Assembly: GCF_009914755.1 (NCBI RefSeq)
Contig: NC_060926.1
DNA length: 64,000 nucleotides
Source of the DNA: the human T2T-CHM13v2.0 reference genome, Homo sapiens
Direction: 5' to 3' (one strand)
Positions 34,746 to 49,040 of this stretch are shown one piece after another (the first letter of the stretch is position 1; each line of letters begins with the position of its first letter). The translations under genes were made by a program, and so were the position numbers. A model generated the notes under the pieces. The model was not told the origin of the DNA and ran no database searches. It saw nothing but the letters and a program-made list of their open reading frames with translations.

Positions 34746-35488
34746 AACATTCTACATACATTTTCCCCCAAGAAAAAGCTGGGTGCTATCTTACAAATCA
34801 GAGACTTAGGGTTTAGAAAATAAAGATTATGACATTTAAAAAATACTATACAATATACACAGTTTTGGAATTTCCATATGAAATTATCAGAATGTCCACC
34901 TGGTTTTCTATATGCAACCTTATTTCTGCCTGTACACCCACATTCAAACTCTTATCTCCAAACCACAGGCAGTTCTAGTCTGAGGTAACAGCTCAGTCAT
35001 CCCTTTGGGTCTTAGTGATGTCATCCTTGTTTGGTCCACCTTCATCACTGCTTTTGCCAAACACCAAACGTCTATCAGAAACAGGCACAGCTGGCCCGCT
35101 CTCATCTATTTTAAGCCACAGGATCCCAACAGGACAGAAGACATTGCCTCCTGGTAGTCTACTGTGTCAGTAATGCTCTCATAACCTTTTTCTCAAGGTC
35201 ACTCTCTATAGCCTCTTATCATGGCTCACTTGATCCAGCGTTTAGTTCTTCCTGACTCTAGATTTAGATCAAGCAATTGTAAAAACCCATGAGGTGGCGC
35301 CTCATTAATCTAGGATTCTGAGGTCTTTATTTCATGGACTGTTTGACAGCTTATCTAGATAATAAGAAGGAAAAACACCATAATATTAGTAGAACTGGCT
35401 ATTACTGCTTCATAGGAACAAAGCTGCTCAATGATTCTAGAGCTGAATGGAACCTGAATTTTATATATAATACTAAGTAACTCGGTAA

Positions 35489-35790
<302 letters not shown>

Positions 35791-36129
35791 CCTTTCTTTC
35801 TTTAAAGATGGTGCCACAGACATGCCCCTCTCAGTCTCCTGATTAAAATCCTAATTGTGCTAACATGCCCATTTATCTCAAAACTGAAACCATTTTTTTT
35901 CCCAGCTGAGCACATCTTTGAGTTTAGGGCTGTTCTTGCCTTTGCAGATTAGAATTGGGTTGGTTGGTTTTGTTTGTTTGTTTGTTTTGCCAAAGAATGA
36001 AAAGAAACTGGAAGGGAAAACCCAGCAATATGATTGATTTTCTATGTTCTTTCAAAGTAATTTTTTCCTGTGAGTTTACATGTGAAACGGCAATGAGTAT
36101 CAATTCTTCATAAAAGTGACTGAATTACC

Positions 36130-36228
36130 CTGGGGCAGAGGTTGCAGTGAGCCGAGATTGCACCACTGCACTCCAGCCTCGGTGACAATGCAAGATTCTG
36201 TCTCCAAAAAAAAAAAAAAAAAAAAAAA
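36130..36228 (+). mobile_element. 5'-truncated Alu (end of right arm) with A23 tail
   Basis: TSD aaaagtgactgaat (36112-36125) / aaaagcaactgaat (36225-36238). Confidence 0.9.
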
Positions 36229-36252
36229 GCAACTGAATAGGAAAACATGTTC

Positions 36253-36258
36253 TTTAAT
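36253..36258 (-). terminator. Distal poly(A) signal ATTAAA
   Basis: Plus-strand tttaat; on minus followed by a CA ~18 nt later, then GTTGC(T)23. Confidence 0.6.
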
Positions 36259-36437
36259 AAACATAAGAGATAGTCAAGTCTAAATAAAATAATAATGATA
36301 ATAATAACAGATTCTACACCACAGTTGTATACACTTCCAGTGAAGCTTTATGCATTCCATTCTGAGCTCCTAATACCAGGTAAACACGAATCATAGGTGG
36401 AAATATGCCATGTTTAGCACTAGAAGTAACATCACAG

Positions 36438-36443
36438 TTTATT
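36438..36443 (-). terminator. Proximal poly(A) signal AATAAA
   Basis: Plus-strand tttatt ~310 nt after the ASB3 stop. Confidence 0.65.
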
Positions 36444-36584
36444 AGCAAAATAAAGCAGAAAATGATCAAAATGATCAGGTAAATAAATATTACAACATAT
36501 AATGTACTGGTGATGAAGCTGCAATAAAGTAATATAAGTGATGTTTACAATTTTTTTTTTTTTTTTTTTACTGGGAAGGCTAGT

Positions 36585-36604
36585 TGTAAACATAAACATT
36601 CTCA
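36585..36604 (-). promoter_or_regulatory. miR-30-5p family 8mer target site (TGTTTACA) with 3' supplementary pairing to miR-30c
   Basis: mRNA reads UGAGAAUGUUUAUGUUUACA; miR-30 seed is GUAAACA. Confidence 0.7.
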
Positions 36605-36753
36605 CTGAACTACTGGCCCCCCAAAACCTAACCTATCTGACAATCAATAATCATCTTTTGACTATAAAATCATAAAAACTTGTACTCTGTGGCTCTTTTG
36701 TCTCGATGATTTTTCAGAGAAAAAAATTAGCTGTGTTAAGTAGTTTCACTGAT

Positions 36754-36941
36754 TTATCCATCTTGAATAGCTGCCAGTTCTGGAACTTCATACATCCTCA
36801 GAACGTCTTCATAGAGCAAATAATTATGTAGGCTTCTGGGAAGTGGCAGCTGACTAATATAACTGTCAGACCGTAGACGTTCTGATTTTAGACTGGACCG
36901 AATTTCCAAACGACAAAGATGGGTCAGGGATGGAACAGTGG
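36754..36941 (-). CDS. ASB3: ASB3 terminal coding exon, SOCS box: (A)[61 protein letters not shown]
   Basis: C-terminal part of ORF 36754..37086. Acceptor ttttttgtttctccag|CC at 36942/36941; BC-box ([13 protein letters not shown]) and Cul5-box ([11 protein letters not shown]); stop TAA at 36754-36756. Confidence 0.97.
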
Positions 36942-37417
36942 CTGGAGAAACAAAAAAAGCAAGGTGAAACTTTTTTAAACAGAAAGATGTAATAGCACAT
37001 AAAGGTAAATTTTTTTTTCCCCCAACTCTTAGTAATAAAAGTGATATATTGCTTGAAAGAAGACTACTTTGAGTCAGTATGACCACAATAAACCTTATTT
37101 ATTCTTTTCTACAGCCTTCAACTGGCTCCTCTCCCTTCAGTTTGTTGGCCACACATTCAAAGTCAGTATCCAGGGCCGCAAACACTAAATGCTCAAATTC
37201 TAAAGATCTGTTAATACCTGCACTTAAGAAATGGATGAACCAACTTTAGAAATGGTGGAAGCTCACAATAGCAAATGCTACCTTCCTCTTAATCTATTTC
37301 ATTACAAATGGTTTCCAGACCTATCACATCAAGTGAATAGATGTACAGCTTGCAAGTTTTCCTTTTTATCCATAACATAAAATGAAAATTTTTAATTGAC
37401 TCTGAGAGAAAGGGAGT

Positions 37418-37600
37418 ATTTACTGAGTGCCTTCTATGCCATAAGCCCATGTACTTCACTCAAATTCTCTTTTTATCTTCATTAACTTCATGAAGTATAT
37501 ATTATCAGGCTGTTGTAGAAATTTAAAAAAACAACTTTCCAAAGTCACAGAGCTAGTAAGCAGCAGAGCCAGGATTCAAACTCAGATCTATCTGAACCCA
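37418..37600 (-). mobile_element. MIR
   Basis: tttactgagtgcc...aaagtcacagagctagtaagcagcagagccaggattcaaactcag. Confidence 0.75.
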
Positions 37601-37601
37601 A

Positions 37602-37604
<3 letters not shown>

Positions 37605-37644
<40 letters not shown>
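37605..37644. repeat. (GT)20 microsatellite
   Basis: Direct reading; ~660 bp into the intron from the terminal-exon acceptor. Confidence 0.95.
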
Positions 37645-37646
<2 letters not shown>

Positions 37647-37696
37647 CTGGCAAGGCAGTGCAGCCAAAAGCTAACTACCAATTAAAGGACAATTCA

Positions 37697-38041
<345 letters not shown>

Positions 38042-41000
38042 TCATTTTCCAAGATGAAAAGTGTTAAATAAAGAAGTTAATGTCTGCTTTTATGTGAATC
38101 GGACCAAAGCCTTTTGTTAATTCAAGAAATCTTTTATAAATCCCTGTGAAATTTAACAATGATGAACAGACCAGGATCAGAGCATCAAAGACAAGTACTA
38201 TCAAGAGCACAGCTGATACCAGACCAGCTAGTCTGATTCCAGGTATAGGGTTCTTTAAACTCTAATACCCATAGGGCTTGAGACCAATTAATTCTCTAAC
38301 ATCTTCAATATCTTCCAAGCCATAGAAGTTAACTCATCATCGTTTTTAGTTTACTAGTTTAGGTTTAGTTTAGTTTATTCAGAATTAAAGAAATCACTCA
38401 AACTGGTGTTTCAAAATGCCAAATAAGAAAGCAAAAGTTATCGATTTTGTACATAAAACCTAAGTCTAAGCTGGGCATTTTCTTAAATCATGAGTCATAG
38501 ATTCCCTATTATAAATAATAAGATTACAGTATCTATAGTATATAGCACGCACATTTATTTCTAACTTTTTTCATATCCATATCTTACTTAAATTTGACAC
38601 TTTTCTGTAAACTTAAAGGAGAAATGATGGTTCTCACATGAAAGATGGGAAGACACAGGTAAAGGGGCCACTGGAGGAAGTTGCAGGAATACATATGGAA
38701 AGCAGGCCCAAGCTGCAAACACCACCGTTTTCCAAAGGTTTAAGTAGATTGACTATGTTCAACTATCAAGTATAAGGAAGCCCTCTTAGTAGGATCATGA
38801 ACAATAATTGGTCAGTTAATAGAAACTCACCTTAAAGCAGGTGACCACAACAACCATACATACTTTAAACATTCTAATTTAAAATGGATACATGAACACA
38901 TCTAGAATGCAACATCTATGGCTTGCAGTTTATTTATGTATTTTTTACTCACCACTATATAAATAAGGACACAGTTTCACTTTCTTTGAGTTACAGCATG
39001 GATTTAAAGGCATGTATGAAACAAGGTGAGTGCATAATCCTTCCATATTTTTACAGGTTTTTTTGCTTTCAGTTGTTGTAGCCACGTCTAATTCAATATC
39101 TATTTCTGTTCTGTGCTTATCTTTATCAAGTCTTTTGCATTCTACTTTGCCTTAACAGCAACAATGATTCTCTTTTCACACTCATAATTCATTAGCTTGT
39201 GCAATCTGGAATTATTTAACTCCAATAATATGCACAACGTAATAAAAAGTTTCAGAAATAAGCATAACTGCTGTTTGGTAAGCACACACCTCTGCTGGTA
39301 GGAACACTGGCATTCTAGAGTGTAGCTGGCCAGCTGCAAACACAGAGCATGCCAATGGACATAGTCAGATGGAAATGAAAGAGAAAATGACAAGACTGTT
39401 TAATCCAGTGTGTGTTTTTAAAGAGAATTTCTACTTATATTCAGTTAGAGTTTAACAGGCATCTGTTAAATTGAATCTCTTCATTCTGCACATTCTTAGG
39501 AACATGAATACTTACTACACAACCAGAAGGAAGATAAAGGATGGCTGTGCAACCCGGAGGAGAGCTGCTCACATGGAGATAAGGGATCCTTAATGATGCT
39601 CCAGCTTCTCAGAGTGGACAGACTACACTGGCTTAAAATTCTATGGGCTGACTGGGAAGATTCCTCCAGATACCCTAAAACTTAATGTAGTGCTGACCAG
39701 CTTTTCTAGATTATGTGACTACATCACTGGAGGTCTATCTTTAAAGCTTAATAAATCATTTGTTTATGCTAATTATGTGTAGAAGCTTAACCATTAGTGA
39801 TCAAGCCACACTAGACCAGTTCGCATTTGTTAGGAGAAGCGTAACTGACTTGCCCACTGAGATGTGGCACATCAACAACATAGCTGTTGTTAACTAGATC
39901 TCAATGATTTGACTCCCAGTCCAGGGTTCTTTAAACTATGATAAGCTCAATATAATTCTCCAACATCTTCTAAACCACTGAAACTATCATAAATTTCAGA
40001 ATATCTTTCCATTTAATAATAAAAAAGGAAAAGTATAGCTACTTCAGGTATTGGTTCAAATTTTAATTGCACCATTTTGGTTTTCCTTCTAAGAGCACAA
40101 CAGATCACTGGCCTAATGAACAATTAGAGGTAAGAACTATGTTCAGCTGAACTGAGGGAGTGTTTCATGTGTAGATTATTAACACAGACAATAATATGCC
40201 TGTCAGTGCCATTTTTGTTTAATATGCCAGTAAATACTAAGGGAATTTTATAACCATATATGCAATATTTCAAAGCACACAAAATCCCTATGAAAGTTTT
40301 AGTGATGCATAGTTATTTCCAGACGTGTTGCCACTAGGCTAGAAGATCAAGCCATGCCTTGAATTTATAATACGAAAAAGGCCACAGAAGCTGTATGTAA
40401 AACATACTTTCATGAAAACCTATTAAAACTATATTTTAGTTTTGTTAAATACATCTCCATGTTCTTGGATTATGGCAGTGATTGTAACCTAGAAAATGAC
40501 GTCTGAAACCATGCTACACTTCTAAGTCACTTTTCTGACCCAATCATTTTTATTCAATATGTTAAACTTAGTTTATCCATAGATCTATTAGCAGATGAGT
40601 AATATTTAACTTTTAATTCCTATACAGAATTCCTCTATTTTGTTCATTTTGTTATATGTACTGGCAGAACAATCAAAATAGAAGACTACATGTTGTTATA
40701 CAAAGTTTTGTTAAAATCAAAAGCACACACAATGATCAAAATAAACGTCACAATTCTTAATTCATTATGCTTATAAATGCCAACTTTACTATAGCACAAA
40801 ACTATATCTATATCATACACACCCACTATATTTTCTACATTCATCTTTAGCCTTCCCTCAGGCCAATGTTCAAACAACCTATCTGCCTGAACTACATTTC
40901 TCTGGTTCCTTTGAAATGTTTTGCACATCAAATGCATTTATCTGACTTCTGAGACACCTACTACCATTTTTATTTTCATCATTAATATATTGTCTTTCTC

Positions 41001-41239
41001 GTTGGTTTCCATCCTTTTGTTCCCAGTTTTTCTTAATTTACTTGTGTTGTCTCTCTCATTGACTATAACTAAAACCGCTAGAGAAAACACAAAAAGCAAG
41101 TACCTGAGAACTCTGAAAAATAAGTAATAGATTAGGACATGAAGTCAAAACAATAGGAATGGCCAGTATAAAGGAATGACCAGTAGAGGCAATGAATGGA
41201 TTAAATGGAAAAGCACCATCTAGTAGTAACACCTGTGCT

Positions 41240-41350
41240 GGCGCTGAGGTGCCACTATTAACTAGCTGTGTGACCTTGGGCAAGTCATCTAAATATTCTG
41301 ACTTTCAGTTACCTTTCCATAAAATGAGAATAATGCCTCATCTACAAAAT
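41240..41350 (+). mobile_element. MIR core
   Basis: actagctgtgtgaccttgggcaagtca...aaaatgagaataat. Confidence 0.75.
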
Positions 41351-41464
41351 GGGCATAATGACACTTCCCTGCATCAAAAGGCTGTTGATGATGTTCAAGT
41401 TGGAACACATTTGCAAAAGCATTTCATAAAGTGAAACACCACACAAATCCCAGGCACCACAGAA

Positions 41465-42320
41465 TCTAGTGATCTCCAAATGTTTTGATTACACACTAAA
41501 TTAGTAAAGTCTCTGACCACAGAATCCAATATATATTTTACATATAAATTACATGTATACTATTAACCAAACATTATTTGTACTATAAAATAAAATAAGC
41601 CAATATAAAATAAGATATATACTTTAAATAATTTCATTTTTAAAGGTATAAGACTCCTTTAAATATTAATATTTTAACAAGAACAAGGTGATTGACTAGG
41701 CTTTATTAATGTAATTCTTAGTGATCTAGCAATTCAAAGAGTTGGTTCTAAGCCCAGTTTATTCTGATACATGGATGTAGCTGAAATAAGGTCTAAATGG
41801 GAGAAGTACACTGTGGCTTAGCTGAACTAAATCAGGATTCTATCTAGCCTATCTAGCAATTATGAAAAAGTTATTGTCAAAATTCATCTGGTAAATTTCT
41901 ATTTTTTCCTGATATCAATCAGTTTATAAGCTAATCAGAAAGTTTTGCATTTTTACTAAATGGAGTTCAAAACAAAGGGGAACTATTTCCAAGTGTTTTA
42001 AGTATGTCAATGAAAGAGTTTTTCCAGGTGATATATACTACTTTTCACAAGAAAATAACGTAACAATAAAAATATTTCCTAGTACCTATTTTCAAAATCA
42101 TCTCCACATAGCAAAAGTTTCTTTCATTGCTTGGCTTTAACCTGCATTGCAGGGCATGGAGGGGAGTTCCTTTCAGAAGGCAGTTACTTCTCACTCAGTT
42201 AAAATGTCATCTCTTCCCTAAATCAACAGAATTTTTACAAAATACATGGTAGGTTGCATAGCTATTTATCGCCAAGAAAGAAAAAGCTCAAGAAAATTGG
42301 AAAAGCTGTATTTTTGTAAA
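41465..42320 (-). mobile_element. Decayed hAT-Charlie transposase remnant
   Basis: Minus strand near 41720-41810 gives LLPF...YQNKLGLEPTL*IA, resembling the Charlie C-terminal dimerisation region; boundaries rough. Confidence 0.45.
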
Positions 42321-42688
42321 AGAAAAGCACATAATTTACCTTTGAGCTTAAGGGTTCTTTTATATATTGTATCACAGACAATGAGCAAAACTATGGATGT
42401 ATAAACAATAACTATGGTCACTCCCACCTCATTATAAAGTACTGCAAAGACTCTAATATATTTTAAAGGTCATGCTTTAGGAAAGTATCCACAGTGATAC
42501 TACTTCGTGCAATTCTGGATTCAACTCTTCTCCTATACTAGCCTATGAATGATGTAGTAAACTCATTTCATGTTATCTCCATTACCTTACATTTGGAGAA
42601 AAGCAGCCACCACTCCTTCAATGGTCATTCTTACACACCTTTTCCAAAACACATCATTCTGTTAAATAAGCCATTACTGTTGCCAATA

Positions 42689-43579
<891 letters not shown>

Positions 43580-44234
43580 TATCTCTTTTCTGGTGCATTT
43601 TTCCTTTAGCAGCTCTTAAAAAATTGCCTATTCTCTCACTGAAAGAGAATCTTAACAAATACCCTAAGTTGTAACATGTTATAAATACCACAAATCTCCT
43701 TCCAACTTAGTACACCAAACTTTCTATCTGCAGGTTTTTTTAAAAAAAAACTCTGCTTTAATGCTTTAGCAGTGTTTTCTATGCTCCTTTAACAACATTT
43801 GCTAATAAGGAATGCATTTTGTTTTGTCCTCATATTATTTCAGCCAGTTTTACTGTGGCAGGAGGAACATGAGTTTCCCCAATGGTCTGTGACTTTTTGT
43901 CTTTTGCTATTGAATAAGAAAACTCAAAAAGAGTTCTAAGCCTTTATCATTATGTTTAGTAAATTTTGTAAAAAATAATGCACTGGGCATCCTAGGACTT
44001 AAAACATTGAGAAAAAAAAATCACAGGGTTTGCCCTCATGTTCCGAATGTGTAGATTAGAGTGTCTTGCTGAGTATGGTTCTTCCATTAGCTAATTATCT
44101 CAAGGCACACTACATGTTAAGGACAAGGCTCACTGTTAAAGTAAAGGTGAGACTATATTTTAAATATTTTCTTGATAATTTTATATTTGTCAGTTGCAAT
44201 TAGGTGGTAGTCATTTTTATTTTAGCTCTTTTTA

Positions 44235-44580
44235 GCTTTTTAAAATTTTTATTATTTTATTGTATATATTTAAAGTGTACAATGTGATGTTTTGTATGCT
44301 TATGTTGATATACCTACCATAATGAAGTGATTACTACAGTCAAACAAACATTAATATACCCATCATCTCATATAGTTACCTTGCTGGTGTGTGTGTGTGT
44401 GTGCGTGTGTGTGCCTAAAATTTACTATCTTGGTAAATTACCAGTACACAACACAGTATTTTTAACTATAGTTCTCATGATCTCTAGAACTTCCTCATCC
44501 TACAAAACTGCAGCTTTATACCCTTTGACCTACATCTTTTCATTTCCCCACAACCATCCCGCCTTCAACCCGGTAACCCA
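44235..44580 (-). mobile_element. L1MA/MB-type 3' end with internal (GT)n
   Basis: ttgtatatatttaaagtgtacaatgtgatg...ccctttgacctacatc. Confidence 0.7.
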
Positions 44581-45984
44581 GGTGGTCATCATTTTTATCA
44601 CATAACATGCCTGGTAAATAACAAGAGAATGCAGCTCTACGATGATTATGTTGGTTCACTTGTGCTTGCACTTTTAATATTATCTACAGAAAATACTACT
44701 TCTTTACAGAAATCGTTTTAAGCCACTTGACCAATTTGTGAGAAGTGGTTAAATTAAAACTACAAAATATCATTATAGGTGCACTAAGCAATCACATATG
44801 AACAAAAATTCACTATAGCACACCACAAATGTGGTGGCACAGTCAACCCCATGCACCCGACTTTGGGAAATCCTGATGTAACCCCTACGGATATGTAGGT
44901 ACAAGGCACTGGGCCATGTATGCTAAGTGGAGGATGGGAAGAGAGATAAGTCCTCGGGAATCCCCATTCTACCATGAACTCTGTATAGAACATTCTGCCT
45001 CCCCCTCTTCTCCTCACAAAAGCCTGATTCTTGCAAGGAAATTACTTCCTTGGCCAATTTTGAAAATACAATCTTCTCATTTTCCATGCCTTGCTACACC
45101 TGTTGCAAGGTCTGGGGGGCAATGTTAGCATTCTTATACTTCTTGTGCACCACTTCAGATCCACGCTTCTGTCTTTAAACTCCAACAGACACCAGTTTCT
45201 ATTCTTCCAGAGTTTGCTCTCCCTTATTGCCACACCCAATCTTTAACATCATGGAGACCTCAGGTCCCAACTCCTCCCCTATCTCATCCTTCAGGTCCCA
45301 TCCTTTCTCATTTCTTTTCCTATCTAGACTGGATTCCATGGGCCCATCACTTCAATTATTTTATCCTCAGTTCCTTTATCCCTGTTCTGACAATACCCAG
45401 GATCAATCTAACCATTTTGCTTCTGCACCCCAATACAAAGAAAACTAAGCAATGCTGGAAAATACAACTACATGAACTGGTTCCACTTCCAACCTCTACC
45501 AGACCTGCAGGGTTTTGCTCTGCAAATCTTTCAATGGTTCTCAATTGGTTTCCCACAGCAACCATTCCAAAACACCAAGTCCCCTACCCAATTCTCACTT
45601 CAATCTCCTCCTCAGCAAGACTTTACTCCCAACTTCACAGTAAAAACTGGTCTTATGGGCTTTTTTTTTCTGAGCTTCCAATCCCCAAGCTACAAATTTA
45701 TCTCTGTCCAGCCCATCCTCATCTTTCTTCTCCATCTCAAAGAAATGGGTCTACCTGAGGCTAATCCCGTCTCCAACTGGCCTACACGAAATTTCATTAC
45801 ACAAATTATCCCTTTTATCTCTGAATCTTTGATGTCGTTTTATAAACTGAGACCCTCTTGATCTATAAAACATGATCAAGCTCCTCCCATCTCAAAAAGA
45901 AAACTCTGCCACAACCCTGAATCCTTCCCTTTTAGCCACTGTACTAATCAAAGAACTATGTTCACTTTATTTTTTCATTCACAT

Positions 45985-46790
45985 AATTTTTTTAAATTTA
46001 ATTTTTAAGTTCAGGGGTACATGTGTAAGTTCATTACGTAGGTAAACTTGTTTCATGGGGGCTTGTTGTACAGATTATTTTGTCACCCAGGTATTAAGCC
46101 TAGTACTCATTCGTTATTTTTTCCTGGTCCTCTCCTTCCTTCCACCCACAACATAGGCCACAGTGTCTGTTGTTCCCTTCTACGTGTCCCTAGGTTCTCA
46201 TCATTTTGCTCCCACTTATAAGTGGGAACATGTAGTACATGGTTTTCTGTTCCTGCATTAGTTTGCTAAGGATAATGGCCTCCAGCTCCACCTCTGTTCC
46301 TGCAAAGGACATGATTTCATTCTTTTTTTATGGCTGCATTCTAATCCATGGTGCGTATGTACCACATTTTCTTTATGCACTCTACCACTGATGGGCATTT
46401 AGGTTGATTCCATGTCTTTGTTACTGTGAATAGCACTGCAAGGAACATATGTGTACATGTGTCTTTATGACAGAAAGATTTCTATTCCTAAGGGTATATA
46501 CCCAGTTATGGGATTGCTGGATCGAACAGTATGTCTGCTTTTAGGTCTTTGAGGAATTGCCACACTGTCTTCCCAACGGTTGAAGTAGTTTACACTTCCA
46601 TCAACAGTGTATAAGTGTTTCTTTTTCTATGCAACCTCGCCAGCATCTATTATTTTCTACCTTTTAGTAATAACCATTCTGACTGCTATGAGATGGTATC
46701 TCATTGTGGTTTTGATTTGGATTTCTCTAATGATCAGTCATGTCGAACTTTTTTTCATATGATTGTTGGCTGGATGTGTGTCTTCTTTTT
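45985..46790 (-). mobile_element. L1PA15/16-type 3' end
   Basis: ttttaagttcaggggtacatgtg...ggtaaacttgtttcatggggg. Confidence 0.8.
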
Positions 46791-48121
46791 AAAACAGAAT
46801 TTATTTTTATTTTTAAAACTTTTTTATTTTTAAATTGTGTGGGCACATAGTAGGTGTATATATTTATGGGGTACATGAGATACTTTGATACAGGCATGCA
46901 ATGCATAATAATCATATCAGGGTAAATGGGGTATTCATTGCCTCAAGCATTTATCCTTTCTTTGTGTTACAAACTATCCAACTATACTCTTTCACTTGTT
47001 GAAAAATGTACAATAAATTGTTGACCTTAGACACTCTATTGTGATATCAAATAGATCTTATTCATTCTAACTATATTTTTGTATCCATTAACCATCCCCA
47101 CCTCTCACCAACCATCCCCACCTCTCACCCCCCATCCCCACTACCTTTCCCAGACTTCTACTTTGTATCTCCATGAATTCAACCACTTTAATTTTTAGCT
47201 CCGTAAAAAAGTGAGAACATGCTAAGTTTGTCTTTCTGTGCCTAGCTTATTTTACTTACTATAATGACCTCCAGTTCTATCCATTTTGTTGCAAATGACA
47301 GGCTCTCATTCTTTTTTATGGTTGAATAGTACTCTGTTGTGTATATGTATCACAGTTTCTTTATCCATTGATCTTTTAATGGACACCAGTTGCTTCTAAA
47401 TCTTAGCTACTGTGAATAGTGCTGCAATAAACATTTTCTCTTCAATATACTGATTTCCTCTCTTTTGGGTATATACCCAGCAGTGGGACTGCTGGATCAT
47501 ATGGTAGGTCTATTTTTAGTTTTTTGAGGAAACTCCAAATACTTTCTCCCCTTCTGTGGGCCGTCTCTTCTCTTTGTTGACCGTTTCCTTTGCTGTGCAT
47601 CAGAAACTTTTAAACTTGATGTGATCCCCTATGTCCATTTTTGTTTTGGTTGCCTGTGCTTGTGGGGTATTTCTCAAGAAACCTTTGCCCAGTTCAATGT
47701 ACTAGAGAGTTTCCCCAATGTTTTCTTTTAGTAGTTAGAGGTCTTAAAGTCTTTAATGCATTTTTATTTGATTTTTGTATATGGCCAGAGATAGGGGTCT
47801 AGTTTTATTCTTCTGCATATGGATATCCAGTTTTCCCAGCACCATTTAATAAAGAGACTGTCCTTTCCCCAATGTATGTTCTTGGCACCTTTGTTGAAAA
47901 TGAGTTCACTGTAGGTTTCTGTATTTGTTTCTGGGTTCTCTATTCTGTTTCATTGGTCTATGTGTCTGTGTTTATGCCAGTACCAGGCTGTTTTAGTTAC
48001 TATGGCTTTGTAGTACAATTTGAAGTAAGGTAATCTGATTCCTCCAGTTTTGTTCTTTTTGCTCAGGATAGCTTTGGCTATTATGAGTCTTTTGTGGGTC
48101 CATATAAATTTTAGGATTGCT

Positions 48122-48592
<471 letters not shown>

Positions 48593-48695
48593 TCATCAGT
48601 GTTTTACAGCTTTCATTGTAGAGATCTCTCACTTCTTTGGTCACACTAATTCCTAGGTATTTTATTTTATTTGTTGCTATTGTAAATGAGATTAA

Positions 48696-49040
<345 letters not shown>

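Larger units (their letters stand above)
36235..36753 (-). other. ASB3: ASB3 3' UTR (end approximate)
   Basis: Unique AU-rich sequence after the stop, with AATAAA (36438-36443) and ATTAAA (36253-36258) on the minus strand. The cleavage site is inferred. Confidence 0.75.

Noticed and set aside
36540-36604. Possible miR-30-like precursor gene on the plus strand
   Set aside because: Only a 10-bp stem around a T19-containing loop, far short of a Drosha-type hairpin; better explained as a target site in the minus-strand UTR.
36942-37086. N-terminal part of the 110-aa ORF 36754..37086
   Set aside because: Intronic read-through upstream of the real splice acceptor at 36942.
39142-39393. 83-aa minus-strand ORF in unique intronic sequence
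   Set aside because: No recognisable homology; length expected by chance.
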